Shown: piece after piece, positions 1 to 8,000 of the stretch
How the letters are laid out: every line of letters starts with the position of its first letter
Position numbering within the stretch: the stretch's first letter is position 1
NCBI GenBank assembly: GCA_041500405.1
Contig: JBGQMB010000016.1
Coordinates: 1-22,144, forward strand
Direction of reading: 5' to 3'
From: Candidatus Micrarchaeia archaeon
GTDB lineage: Archaea; Micrarchaeota; Micrarchaeia; Anstonellales; J096
DNA length: 22,144 bases
Notes under the pieces: generated by a model
The model's database searches: none
Told to the model about the DNA's origin: nothing
Seen by the model: the letters and a program-made list of their open reading frames with translations, nothing else
Position numbers and translations under genes: made by a program

Positions 1-21
1 TATAGACAAAAACTTGCCCAT
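1..21 (-). CDS. Probable 5' end of a gene running off the left edge (MGKFLSI...)
   Basis: ATG at 21 on the minus strand with a TTTTAATA box about 30 nt upstream (45-52), the same spacing as other genes here. Only 7 codons are visible. Confidence 0.35.
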
Positions 22-122
22 GATATGGTATCTGGAATAACTGTTATTAAAACTTTCCCTTTCCTTCACGCAACCGCCAAATCCCCAGGTCCGCACTTCT
101 TTCTAACCTTTTTTCGACGCAG

Positions 123-1007
123 TCATTTCCTCTTCGGATTTATAGGGATTATCTGCCCGCCAATCGCTTCGCCTATCACATTGACAAGGTTTGCTCCCTG
201 CGGGACGATTATCTTGGTGTTGTTCGCAAGCACTTCCCTTGCCGTCTCCAGCCTCTTGAACTCGACTGCCGGCCCAACGAAGGATTTGCTGGCTGATTCA
301 TTCACAAGCTTTATCGCGGCCGCCTCGCCTTCGGCGCGCAGTATGGCGCCCTGTCTGTCTCCTTCAGCCACCTTGATTATGGCCCTTTTCTTTCCGTCCG
401 CTTCGGTTTCGGTCGCGGTAGCGAAGTCTACCGCCGCTGTCTTCTTCTTCTGCGCAATCACGACCTCGTTCATCGTCTGCTGCACATCCGGCGGCGGCGA
501 TATCTCGGTCAATTCTGTCCTGACGATGTCTATTCCCCAGTTTGTCGCCTCCCTTTTCAGCGTGTCGCCAAGCAGTTCGTTGAGCTTCTGCCTTTGCGAG
601 TTCGCCTCGTCAAGGTTCATGCCGCCCATGATTGACCTGAGCGTTGTCCTTGCCAATGCGGTTATCTGCGTCTCGTAGTCGTTTACCGCATACTGGCTCT
701 TTTTCACGCTGTCCTCGTCGTTCTTCACCTTGAAATAGACCTGCGCGTCTATTGTCGCATTCAGGCTGTCCTTGGTTATCACGACCTGCGGCTCGGCATT
801 GAACATCTGCTCGGTTATGTTCACATACCTAACAGTGTCCACAAAAGGCACGATGAATGTAATCCCCGGCTCGCAGTACCTTTTGTACTTCCCAAAGCGC
901 TCAACAAGCCCGCGGTGCGTCTGCGGGATGATCCTTATGGCCATCAACAGCACAATGCCCGCGAACACAAGCCCAATTCCTAATATTATCTCAAGTATGT
1001 CAACCAT
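123..1007 (-). CDS. SPFH / band 7 (stomatin/prohibitin-like) membrane protein
   Basis: N-terminal TM helix, then GLVERFGKY...PGITFIVPFVD, VITKD, ARTTLRSIMG and WGIDIVRTEL motifs, and an AEG-repeat coiled coil. Confidence 0.95.
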   Translation of the reverse strand: MVDILEIILGIGLVFAGIVLLMAIRIIPQTHRGLVERFGKYKRYCEPGITFIVPFVDTVRYVNITEQMFNAEPQVVITKDSLNATIDAQVYFKVKNDEDSVKKSQYAVNDYETQITALARTTLRSIMGGMNLDEANSQRQKLNELLGDTLKREATNWGIDIVRTELTEISPPPDVQQTMNEVVIAQKKKTAAVDFATATETEADGKKRAIIKVAEGDRQGAILRAEGEAAAIKLVNESASKSFVGPAVEFKRLETAREVLANNTKIIVPQGANLVNVIGEAIGGQIIPINPKRK

Positions 1008-1078
1008 GTTTTTCGCCTTTTTGCTTTATCTTGCATTATATACTTATACCTTTCGTTGCGCATCCCAAAATACAGAAG

Positions 1079-1465
1079 TTACGCAAACGCCAAGTCCTCT
1101 TTCTTGAACCCGTTCATCTCCGCGTTCTCAAGCGAAATCGTGAACGAGCCCGCGTTCTCCTTCATCACGTTTATCGGGATGAAGATGGGCTCCCTGTTCC
1201 TCCTTTTCCAGACAACGAACGGAGTCATCTGCGCAACCTCCTGCCATTGCTTCAGCAGCGCTATCTGGTCCTTTTTCACCGAAAGGTTCATGCCCTCGTG
1301 CGCCTTGACCTCGAAGATGTATTGCCTTCCCTTCTTGAAGGTAAGGATATCAGGAGACAAGGACGAAACGCCGGAGCCTGCCGCGCGGATGGCGCAGAAC
1401 CCCTGCCTTACGAAGTAGCCCATTACCTCCCTCTCAACGCGGGAGCCCTTCCTGTACGTAAGCAT
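1079..1465 (-). CDS. hjc: Archaeal Holliday junction resolvase Hjc
   Basis: YRKGSRVERE, RAAGSG and SPDIL...FEVK (PD-(D/E)xK nuclease). ATG at 1465 lies 2 nt after the srp54 stop. Confidence 0.9.
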   Translation of the reverse strand: MLTYRKGSRVEREVMGYFVRQGFCAIRAAGSGVSSLSPDILTFKKGRQYIFEVKAHEGMNLSVKKDQIALLKQWQEVAQMTPFVVWKRRNREPIFIPINVMKENAGSFTISLENAEMNGFKKEDLAFA

Positions 1466-1467
1466 AA

Positions 1468-2769
1468 TCAAAGCCCCGGAATGTTTCCGCCGAACATCTT
1501 CTTCATCTTGTTCCTGAATCCCCTGTCCTTTGAAAGCTTCTGGTAAATCTCCTTTGACTTCATGAACTGGTTGACCAGGGCTCGCACCTCCTTTTCGGTT
1601 GTCCCGGACCCTTTCGCTATCCTTTCCGCCCTTGTCGAGCTTTTCCTTATCAGCTCCGGGTCCTTCTTCTCCGCGCGCGTCATGCTATTGATTATCGTCT
1701 CGAACTTCGCCATCATGGTGTCCATGTTCTCCGCCATGTCCTTTGACACGTTCATCTGGCCCATCATGTTCGTCATAAGCCCGCTTAGGGGCCCTGCGCT
1801 TTTCGCGGCCTTCATCTGCGCATAGAATGTCTCAAGGTCAAACTCCTGCTCGCCTTCCACCTTGATGCTCTTCTCAATCTCCTTCATCTGCTCCATCAGG
1901 CTCTGGAAATCGGGCATTCCAAGAAGCTTGGAAACAAAGCGCTCGGAGTTATAGACTTCAAAATTGTCCACCTTTTCCCCAAGGCCAATGAAAGCCAGTT
2001 TTGTCCCTGTTTCAGCGACCGCGGAAAGCGCCCCGCCTGCCTTTCCTGAGCCGTCCATTTTTGTCACGATGACGCCGGTTATCGGAACCGCCTGGGAAAA
2101 CGCCTTTGCGTGCTTTCCCGCGACCTGCCCTATGTCGGCTGAAACGACAAGGAAGACCTCGTCAGGCCTGAACTCCGCATAAAGGTCCTTGAGCTCCTTT
2201 GCAAGGCCTTCGTCAAACGCATTCCTTCCTGCTGTGTCAACGATTGTGATGTCCGCCTTGGAGCCTTCCATGCATTTTTTGACTATTTCAACGCAGGAGC
2301 CGTTGTGCGTGCAGAACGGCGCCTTTATCTTTTCCGAAAGCTGCCTAAGCTGCTCCTTTGCCGCAGGCCTGTCGTTGTCAACAGACACAAGGAGGGGCTT
2401 GAGCCCCTTCTTCATGTAATGGTAGGCTATCTTTGCGGACGTTGTGGTCTTTCCGCTTCCGTAAAGCCCGACAAGCATGACCTTGTGCCTGTCCATGCGC
2501 GGCGTGTACGACTGGCCGAGGATTGCCTCAAGCTCCTCGAAAATGACCTTGATTACGTGCTGGCGCACTGTCGCGCCCTTGAGCATCTCCTTTGAAAGGG
2601 CCTTTTCCTTCATCCTTTTTGAAAGCTCAAAAACAAGCTTGACGCTGACGTCCGCCGTTATGAGCGCCTTTTGGATTTCCTTCACAAGGTCGTTGACCGC
2701 CTGCTCGTCCACTACGGTCTTTCCCATGAAGGCCTTTATGGCGTTCTGTATCGACGTTGCGAAGTTCAT
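1468..2769 (-). CDS. srp54: Signal recognition particle protein SRP54
   Basis: ALITADV N-domain, GLYGSGKTTT, DTAGR and TKMDG GTPase motifs, and a Met-rich M domain with IINSMT and RIAKGSG. Confidence 0.97.
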   Translation of the reverse strand: MNFATSIQNAIKAFMGKTVVDEQAVNDLVKEIQKALITADVSVKLVFELSKRMKEKALSKEMLKGATVRQHVIKVIFEELEAILGQSYTPRMDRHKVMLVGLYGSGKTTTSAKIAYHYMKKGLKPLLVSVDNDRPAAKEQLRQLSEKIKAPFCTHNGSCVEIVKKCMEGSKADITIVDTAGRNAFDEGLAKELKDLYAEFRPDEVFLVVSADIGQVAGKHAKAFSQAVPITGVIVTKMDGSGKAGGALSAVAETGTKLAFIGLGEKVDNFEVYNSERFVSKLLGMPDFQSLMEQMKEIEKSIKVEGEQEFDLETFYAQMKAAKSAGPLSGLMTNMMGQMNVSKDMAENMDTMMAKFETIINSMTRAEKKDPELIRKSSTRAERIAKGSGTTEKEVRALVNQFMKSKEIYQKLSKDRGFRNKMKKMFGGNIPGL

Positions 2770-2802
2770 CCCATTCCCTTGGTTTCAATCAGGCGGTGTG
2801 CA

Positions 2803-2811
2803 TTATTTAAA
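2803..2811 (-). promoter_or_regulatory. TATA box (TTTAAATAA) for srp54-hjc
   Basis: The 12-mer TTATTTAAAGGT (+ strand) occurs at 2803-2814 and again at 4623-4634, each time upstream of a minus-strand gene. Confidence 0.55.
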
Positions 2812-2878
2812 GGTTGCAGGGGCGGGATTGCGACGGCAACCATAAGCTTTATACGGGGTTGTGCCCAATAATGGGGTT

Positions 2879-3154
2879 ATGAAGACGATGGCTATGCGTC
2901 CAATGAAGGCTGCCGTGGTGCTAGCCGCGGCCATGGCTGTTTTTGGGTGCAAAGAGCCAATGCATGAAAAGGCGATATGTATGAATGACAGCACGCGGGT
3001 TGCGCAGGTGGCAATGAAGGAAGTTGCCAAGCCGGCGATTTCTTCGGATACGATACCGAAGAAGGTGGAGAAAAAGGCAGAAAGCCCACAGACGAAAAGG
3101 AAGCATTTTGACCTTTTGCCAGAAAAGGATTATGCGCCGGCTAGATTTGATTAG
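2879..3154 (+). CDS. Small putative lipoprotein
   Basis: Basic N-terminus, hydrophobic AAVVLAAAMAV, lipobox-like FGC and a Lys-rich tail. TTTATA lies 31 nt upstream of ATG 2879. Confidence 0.55.
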   Translation: MKTMAMRPMKAAVVLAAAMAVFGCKEPMHEKAICMNDSTRVAQVAMKEVAKPAISSDTIPKKVEKKAESPQTKRKHFDLLPEKDYAPARFD

Positions 3155-4344
3155 TTGCCGTCTAGCCCGTCTTTTGCGTCTTTTTTTTCAGATTTTATAT
3201 TCTCCAAGATATGTATCGCCTCCTTGTAAGAGCCAAAACTGGCAGGCACTTCTTTTAAAATAGTTTCCGCCCTTGTATAAAGATCCAGCGCTCTACCGAA
3301 TTCTTTACTGTCCATTGCGGCATTGCCCAATTCATGATATGAAATACCAAGGTTGTATTTGGCTTGGCTATCCTTTGGATTCAGGGCGATCTGTTTGTCA
3401 AATGATTCAACTGCCTTGTCATATTGCTTTAAACTGAAGTGTGTATAGCCAAGGATTGAATAAAGCCGAGGGTCGTCTTTCTTTATTTCTATGGCTTTGT
3501 TCAGCAGAGGGATGGCGTCTTCCTGTTTGTCTATCCTATGATACGCAAACCCAAGGCTACCGTATATGCCAGCGCTTTCGAGTCCTTTTTCAATTGCAAG
3601 GTTATAGTAATGGATGGCACCAACCCATGATTTATTTTTCATTGCGTGGGCGCCCTTCTCATAATAATACAGTGCTTCGGGCCCAGTGGAATTGCGTATT
3701 ATGTTGATCTCGCTTATTGCCCAACCATTGCCGCTTTCTTGGCGCCTGGCGTCTTCCTGCATTTTCTGGAATGCGGGATCTTGTATCGCTTCTTCCGCAG
3801 AAGAGAACACCTTGCCAAACACAATCGATTTGTTGAACGTCGGGTCAAGATATATGACCCTGCCTTCAACATAAAACAGGGCCGCATGGCCTTTTTCCTC
3901 TTCGACGCCTTGCTTTCTGAACGTAACATAAAACTGCTTGATGTCCGTTATCCCAAGTTTTTCCGCAAGCGCAACAAACATGCGGGACAGCTCGTCACAG
4001 TCCCCGCCGCGTGCGGCATAGACCTGTTCAACGGTCTTTGGGTCGCCGTCTTGATTCAGGATATAATCAAAACCGAGGAACTTCTGGGAGCGCATGACAT
4101 GCACCAATGCCTCCAGCTTCTGGATGGCTGTGCATTCGCCTATCGGCTTTTTCGCGAATGCCTCTATGCCTGGGATGAGCTTTTCTGAGATTTCCTTGTC
4201 ATGGCTCGGGTCCAAATGCATAGGTTCTTCCTTGGGCGATAGGGCAATCTTTGCAGGTCCAGAATCGGCAAGCGGGCCTATATGCTCCTTCTCAATTTCG
4301 TCCTTGAAGGCCATGTGCGCCTCCATGGTTTTTTCAACCGGCAT
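3151..4344 (-). CDS. Transglutaminase-like (Cys-His-Asp) domain plus TPR repeat protein
   Basis: GGDCDELSRMFVAL, GHAA and YLDPT triad motifs, then several TPRs (YGSLGFAY, YSILGYTH, KYNLGISY). Start moved to ATG 4344 because the upstream extension overlaps the BofA-like gene. Confidence 0.85.
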   Translation of the reverse strand: MPVEKTMEAHMAFKDEIEKEHIGPLADSGPAKIALSPKEEPMHLDPSHDKEISEKLIPGIEAFAKKPIGECTAIQKLEALVHVMRSQKFLGFDYILNQDGDPKTVEQVYAARGGDCDELSRMFVALAEKLGITDIKQFYVTFRKQGVEEEKGHAALFYVEGRVIYLDPTFNKSIVFGKVFSSAEEAIQDPAFQKMQEDARRQESGNGWAISEINIIRNSTGPEALYYYEKGAHAMKNKSWVGAIHYYNLAIEKGLESAGIYGSLGFAYHRIDKQEDAIPLLNKAIEIKKDDPRLYSILGYTHFSLKQYDKAVESFDKQIALNPKDSQAKYNLGISYHELGNAAMDSKEFGRALDLYTRAETILKEVPASFGSYKEAIHILENIKSEKKDAKDGLDGN

Positions 4345-4352
4345 ATAACCAC

Positions 4353-4601
4353 TCAAAACATTATGCCCAGGAAATGGAGCACTATTATGGCCGCAAGGCC
4401 GAAGATGCCGGTCAGCGCCACGATTATGACAGTTACGATGTTGATGGGTATGCCGACGCCGAGCAGGTTGAGCACGACCATTGCGACCAGTCCGATGACG
4501 CCGTTGTATATGACCTTCTTTATGTCGCGGAAGGCCCCGAATATGAGCCATGCCGCAATTATGGAAAGTATTATCGCAATTGTTGTTTCAAGCAATCCCA
4601 T
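4353..4601 (-). CDS. BofA-family (pro-sigmaK processing inhibitor-like) small membrane protein
   Basis: 82 aa, hydrophobic, with N-G-V-I-G-L...LNLLGVGIPINIVT...TGIFG pattern typical of BofA-family proteins. TATA box 30 nt upstream. Confidence 0.75.
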   Translation of the reverse strand: MGLLETTIAIILSIIAAWLIFGAFRDIKKVIYNGVIGLVAMVVLNLLGVGIPINIVTVIIVALTGIFGLAAIIVLHFLGIMF

Positions 4602-4648
4602 GCGCCCATTAGGCCCTTTAAGTTATTTAAAGGTGGCGGCGATTGGAG

Positions 4649-4734
4649 GTTTAAAAAAGCAAAGGTTCGCCTTTTTAAACAGAAAAACGGCAACTGTATT
4701 AGGTGTTTGAAATGGGAGACGCTCAAAAACTGCC
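4649..4734 (+). repeat. Direct repeat copy 1 (promoter, SD and first codons of gene A)
   Basis: 82 of 86 nt identical to 7915-8000. Contains the inverted repeat GTTTAAAAA-N14-TTTTTAAAC (4649-4680) and SD-like AGGTG. Confidence 0.95.
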
Positions 4735-6706
4735 AAGCTTGAAGCAAACGGATTATTCGTGGGGCGCAGAAGCCCAGAAAACAACGCCGAAGAAGGCTGT
4801 ACAGACCCAGAAGGTTGTGCCAACGCTAAAGGCTGCAGCCCAAACAAAAGAGACAAGGATAAACAGGATATTCGACGCCGAAGGCGATGCCGAAAGATTG
4901 GGTGCTGTAAATGAGCTTGTGTCGGCTGCAAAACCTAAGCCAAGATTTACAGAACGGAAAACTTTCGATTATAAAACCAGGGCGTATAAAACCGAATGGC
5001 CCCGGGTTGGATATGGACCAGGCAGTAAGCAAGATCTCCAAGACTTTGATAATAAGAAAAAGGACATAGTTGCAAACATACTGAGCGTCATTAAAAATAT
5101 AGATCCGAACGAAAAAGAGAATCTAAGAACGCTCTTTTTGGAGTACTTTGAAGCGAATAGCATCACAAAGAGCTCGATGGAGAAATTCTCATCTGCATGC
5201 GCATCGGCGTACAAAACAGCAAACGGAAGTAGCATATCCTCGTATAACATATGGATTGCGGGGGGGAAACTGTCCGGGGTGACAACGCCTTCTCCGAGCA
5301 GCCTTGACTCTGCCAGAATTTCGGCACTAAAGCCTAAGCCGAAGCAGGGCCAGCAGCCAGGAAACGAGCCGGTTATGATAAAGATAGATGAAGCGTCTGC
5401 CTCAGATGACTCTACAGGTCTTGCAAATATCTTGGCAGGCGTCGTTTTGGCCAAAAATTCCCTAGGAGATATGATCGGGGATGATATGGGTACGCTAATC
5501 CAATATTCCCGCGATATTCAAGGCAAAAAAACAGATATAACATTAAGCCCAAACCAGGCATATGATAATGTAGAAAGCGCATTCATCAAACTCATTGATT
5601 GTATAAAAAAAGGTGTGGCGGAAGAAATAAACGTCAACACGCTGAATAAACGGATGCAAACTTTTTTGAACCAGCTAAATGAATACATCACAGTCTCGAA
5701 CTTAGCCTATGCGAATTATGAAAAAGCCCATCCGGAAAGCCGGCTTGAAGGGGCGCTCAGCGGTCCAATGATCGTGCCGATGATTTTTGGCCTAGTGTAT
5801 GCCAAAAACAGAACCTTGGTGGAGAAACAGATGCTGTCTAGACTTGAGAAAGGCATTGGAAAAAGCATTTACAAGAGTCTGGCAAGCAAGGAGATCGAAG
5901 TATCGCTCGGCCAGAAGATGGCCAGGTTTGGCGTGGGCACTGCCATGCCGGTCGCGGTGACAGGTTTTGTGGGGGGCAGCATGAAATACGGCTTGGATTC
6001 CTGGGTGTATGACGGAAGGACTGGCAGCATGCGGGATTTTTTGAAGTCACAGCGCAATGGAATAAAAGAGATGAAAGCCGAACTGGGCAAGCTCAAGGAA
6101 CAGAACGATAAAAACCCGGCAATGCTAGAATTGATAGATTCAGCAACAGGGAAAGTAAATGAAGCCGATGCTGAATTGGCGCGTAATGAAAAGAAAGCCA
6201 AAAAAGGGGCGCCGAGCTTCGGGGTGGATCTCCTAGAAGTGACGGCAGCAGTGATTGCGCTTGGCATATTGACTCCGCGCGGATGGGAATTGTTGAATAA
6301 GAGACATGTCCAGCGCACGAAGTGGAATCAGGCAACTGAAGAAGTTGAAAAAATTGCGGCAAAAGCAAAGACTGCGCTTAAAAGCGGGACCCCTGCCAAA
6401 CAGAAAGCGGTCAAGGAGGAGCTGCAGGATGCCTTGGAAAAGAGGAACCGATTCCTGCCAGAAGGCAAGAAGGCCACCAAAGCTGAAGGAACGCTTGATG
6501 AGCTTGTCGGCAAGCTGGACAAGGAAGCAAGGGATAAGGAAATCAACGCAGCCATTGGAGATTTAAACAAGGCACTCAAACAGGAAGACCCGAAAAAGAT
6601 AGCGGCAGCGAGATTGAAGGCAGAGGATGTTGTGGGTGAAGGCAAGACTGGCACCGAGAAACTTCAGGACCTTATCAAGAAGGCCTCGAAAAAAAGAAGG
6701 ACATAA
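4712..6706 (+). CDS. Hypothetical helical protein with three hydrophobic segments (cluster gene A, paralog of 7978-9186)
   Basis: Long ORF with SD-like AGGTG at 4701-4705. Aligns by eye with gene C over the N-terminus and the core. No signal peptide. Confidence 0.85.
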   Translation: MGDAQKLPSLKQTDYSWGAEAQKTTPKKAVQTQKVVPTLKAAAQTKETRINRIFDAEGDAERLGAVNELVSAAKPKPRFTERKTFDYKTRAYKTEWPRVGYGPGSKQDLQDFDNKKKDIVANILSVIKNIDPNEKENLRTLFLEYFEANSITKSSMEKFSSACASAYKTANGSSISSYNIWIAGGKLSGVTTPSPSSLDSARISALKPKPKQGQQPGNEPVMIKIDEASASDDSTGLANILAGVVLAKNSLGDMIGDDMGTLIQYSRDIQGKKTDITLSPNQAYDNVESAFIKLIDCIKKGVAEEINVNTLNKRMQTFLNQLNEYITVSNLAYANYEKAHPESRLEGALSGPMIVPMIFGLVYAKNRTLVEKQMLSRLEKGIGKSIYKSLASKEIEVSLGQKMARFGVGTAMPVAVTGFVGGSMKYGLDSWVYDGRTGSMRDFLKSQRNGIKEMKAELGKLKEQNDKNPAMLELIDSATGKVNEADAELARNEKKAKKGAPSFGVDLLEVTAAVIALGILTPRGWELLNKRHVQRTKWNQATEEVEKIAAKAKTALKSGTPAKQKAVKEELQDALEKRNRFLPEGKKATKAEGTLDELVGKLDKEARDKEINAAIGDLNKALKQEDPKKIAAARLKAEDVVGEGKTGTEKLQDLIKKASKKRRT

Positions 6707-6743
6707 AACCTTCTTTTCTCTCTTTTGCCATCAAAAACAGCAA
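6707..6743 (+). terminator. T/C-rich terminator-like tract followed by TCAAAAACAGCAA tag
   Basis: Pyrimidine run after the stop codon. The 13-mer at 6731-6743 is identical to 9209-9221. Confidence 0.55.
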
Positions 6744-6844
6744 TCACTGCCGGACTTTTCGGCAAAGCGGCCGCTTGAAGAATGGTTTAAGCTGGAGCCG
6801 CCGTAGACATCAATATTTAAACCGTTTTCTGCTTAAGTACTAGC

Positions 6845-7891
6845 ATGGCATACGAAACCGCGGCAATAAAGGAGAGGCCAGTCTGGGCGTCCATTCCAGT
6901 TGAGGAAAGGCGCAAGATGATTAAGGCTGCGGACGGGCTTGTGGTGCAGAAGATGCACGATATTATGTGCCTGATGAACTCGGACCTGATCAAGCTGAGC
7001 AAGGGCTTTGCTTCGGCATTTACCGACAAAGAAGGACATGCGGCGGAGTTCCTGTCAAAATACTATGTCGCTTTCATGCAAAAGGAGGTCATATATAGAA
7101 AAGCCTTCGAGGCCACTTATAACGATCCTAAATCGGAAGAGGCCCAGCGCAAATATTTCAAAAGCGTAGAGGAGCTGTTTAACACCCTGCAGATGGCAAT
7201 GACAAGCTATGTCGCCAAGAGGACCGATCTCTGGTTCAGGTATGTCGATGCTGTGGCAGAGCCGCTTAACTGGGCAACCACAGTGAGCATTGTCATGATT
7301 CCCTTCACATGGGGGGCAAGCGCAATAGAAGCAGGCATAGCCAAGGGGTCTTGGTGGGCTGTAAGGAAGGTCAGCCGCAAGGTTTTGGAGCCTATAGTCA
7401 AGAAAGAGGTCGCAAAAAAATTGCGCAGCGAGCTTCTAAAGTCGGTTTATAAGAATATGATGTATCCTGTGGCCGGATCCATGACCGCCATGGTGGGCAA
7501 AGGCGTGCTCGCGCCCGCGGTCATCGGACCGAAGATAGCAAGGGAAACCGCAGAAAAATCCAAATTCCTGAATGCCTTGGTGAACCTTCCCCCTGAAGCG
7601 AAGGATAGGAAGGACATAGAAGACGCGCTTGGGAAAAGCGGTGCCCTGCCGGAAGCGCTGGTACCAGTCTATCGCTTAGCCATTGCGAAAAATATGAAGG
7701 AAATGGGCGAAATAAATCCCATCAGCCACCTGAGCTGGAAGATGATGGCCATTTATTCGCTTTTTGCCCTTCCATTCCTTCCTGCAAAGGTCAAGAAACC
7801 GATAGCAAGGGCCGTGTCAATGGCAATGCGGAGAAAGACCATCCTGATAAGCACAGTTCCCGTAGTCCTTTCAGACTCTGATAATAAATAA
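6845..7891 (+). CDS. Hypothetical helical protein with three hydrophobic segments (cluster gene B)
   Basis: 348-aa ORF with TTTAAA 29 nt upstream. Hydrophobic stretches are WATTVSIVMIPFTWGASA, PVAGSMTAMVGKGVLAPAVIG and MMAIYSLFALPFLP. Confidence 0.85.
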   Translation: MAYETAAIKERPVWASIPVEERRKMIKAADGLVVQKMHDIMCLMNSDLIKLSKGFASAFTDKEGHAAEFLSKYYVAFMQKEVIYRKAFEATYNDPKSEEAQRKYFKSVEELFNTLQMAMTSYVAKRTDLWFRYVDAVAEPLNWATTVSIVMIPFTWGASAIEAGIAKGSWWAVRKVSRKVLEPIVKKEVAKKLRSELLKSVYKNMMYPVAGSMTAMVGKGVLAPAVIGPKIARETAEKSKFLNALVNLPPEAKDRKDIEDALGKSGALPEALVPVYRLAIAKNMKEMGEINPISHLSWKMMAIYSLFALPFLPAKVKKPIARAVSMAMRRKTILISTVPVVLSDSDNK

Positions 7892-7914
7892 AATACAGGT
7901 TGGCAGAAGCCGGC

Positions 7915-8000
7915 GTTTAAAAAAGCAAAGGTTCGGCTTTTTAAACAGAAAAACGGCAACTGTATTAGGTGCCTGAAATGGGAGACGTTCAAAAACTGCC
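7915..8000 (+). repeat. Direct repeat copy 2 (promoter, SD and first codons of gene C)
   Basis: 82 of 86 nt identical to 4649-4734. Confidence 0.95.

Noticed and set aside
25..678. Long antisense ORFs, e.g. 25-678, 1031-1546, 3646-4188, 8448-9014 and 15841-16404
   Set aside because: They are shadows of well-supported genes on the opposite strand and have no recognisable motifs.
4345..4551. His/Arg-rich N-terminal extension of the transglutaminase-TPR ORF
   Set aside because: It is an alternate frame of the BofA-like gene.
4623..4931. Similar minus-strand ORFs 4623-4931 and 7871-8188 (shared FERLPFQxPNTVAVFLFKK)
   Set aside because: They are antisense translations of the 86-bp DNA repeat, with no independent coding evidence.
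4649..8000. CRISPR array, IS ends or prophage att sites as the explanation for the repeats
   Set aside because: There are only two copies 3.27 kb apart and they include coding starts. No spacers, cas, transposase or integrase genes, or tRNA-end duplication were seen.
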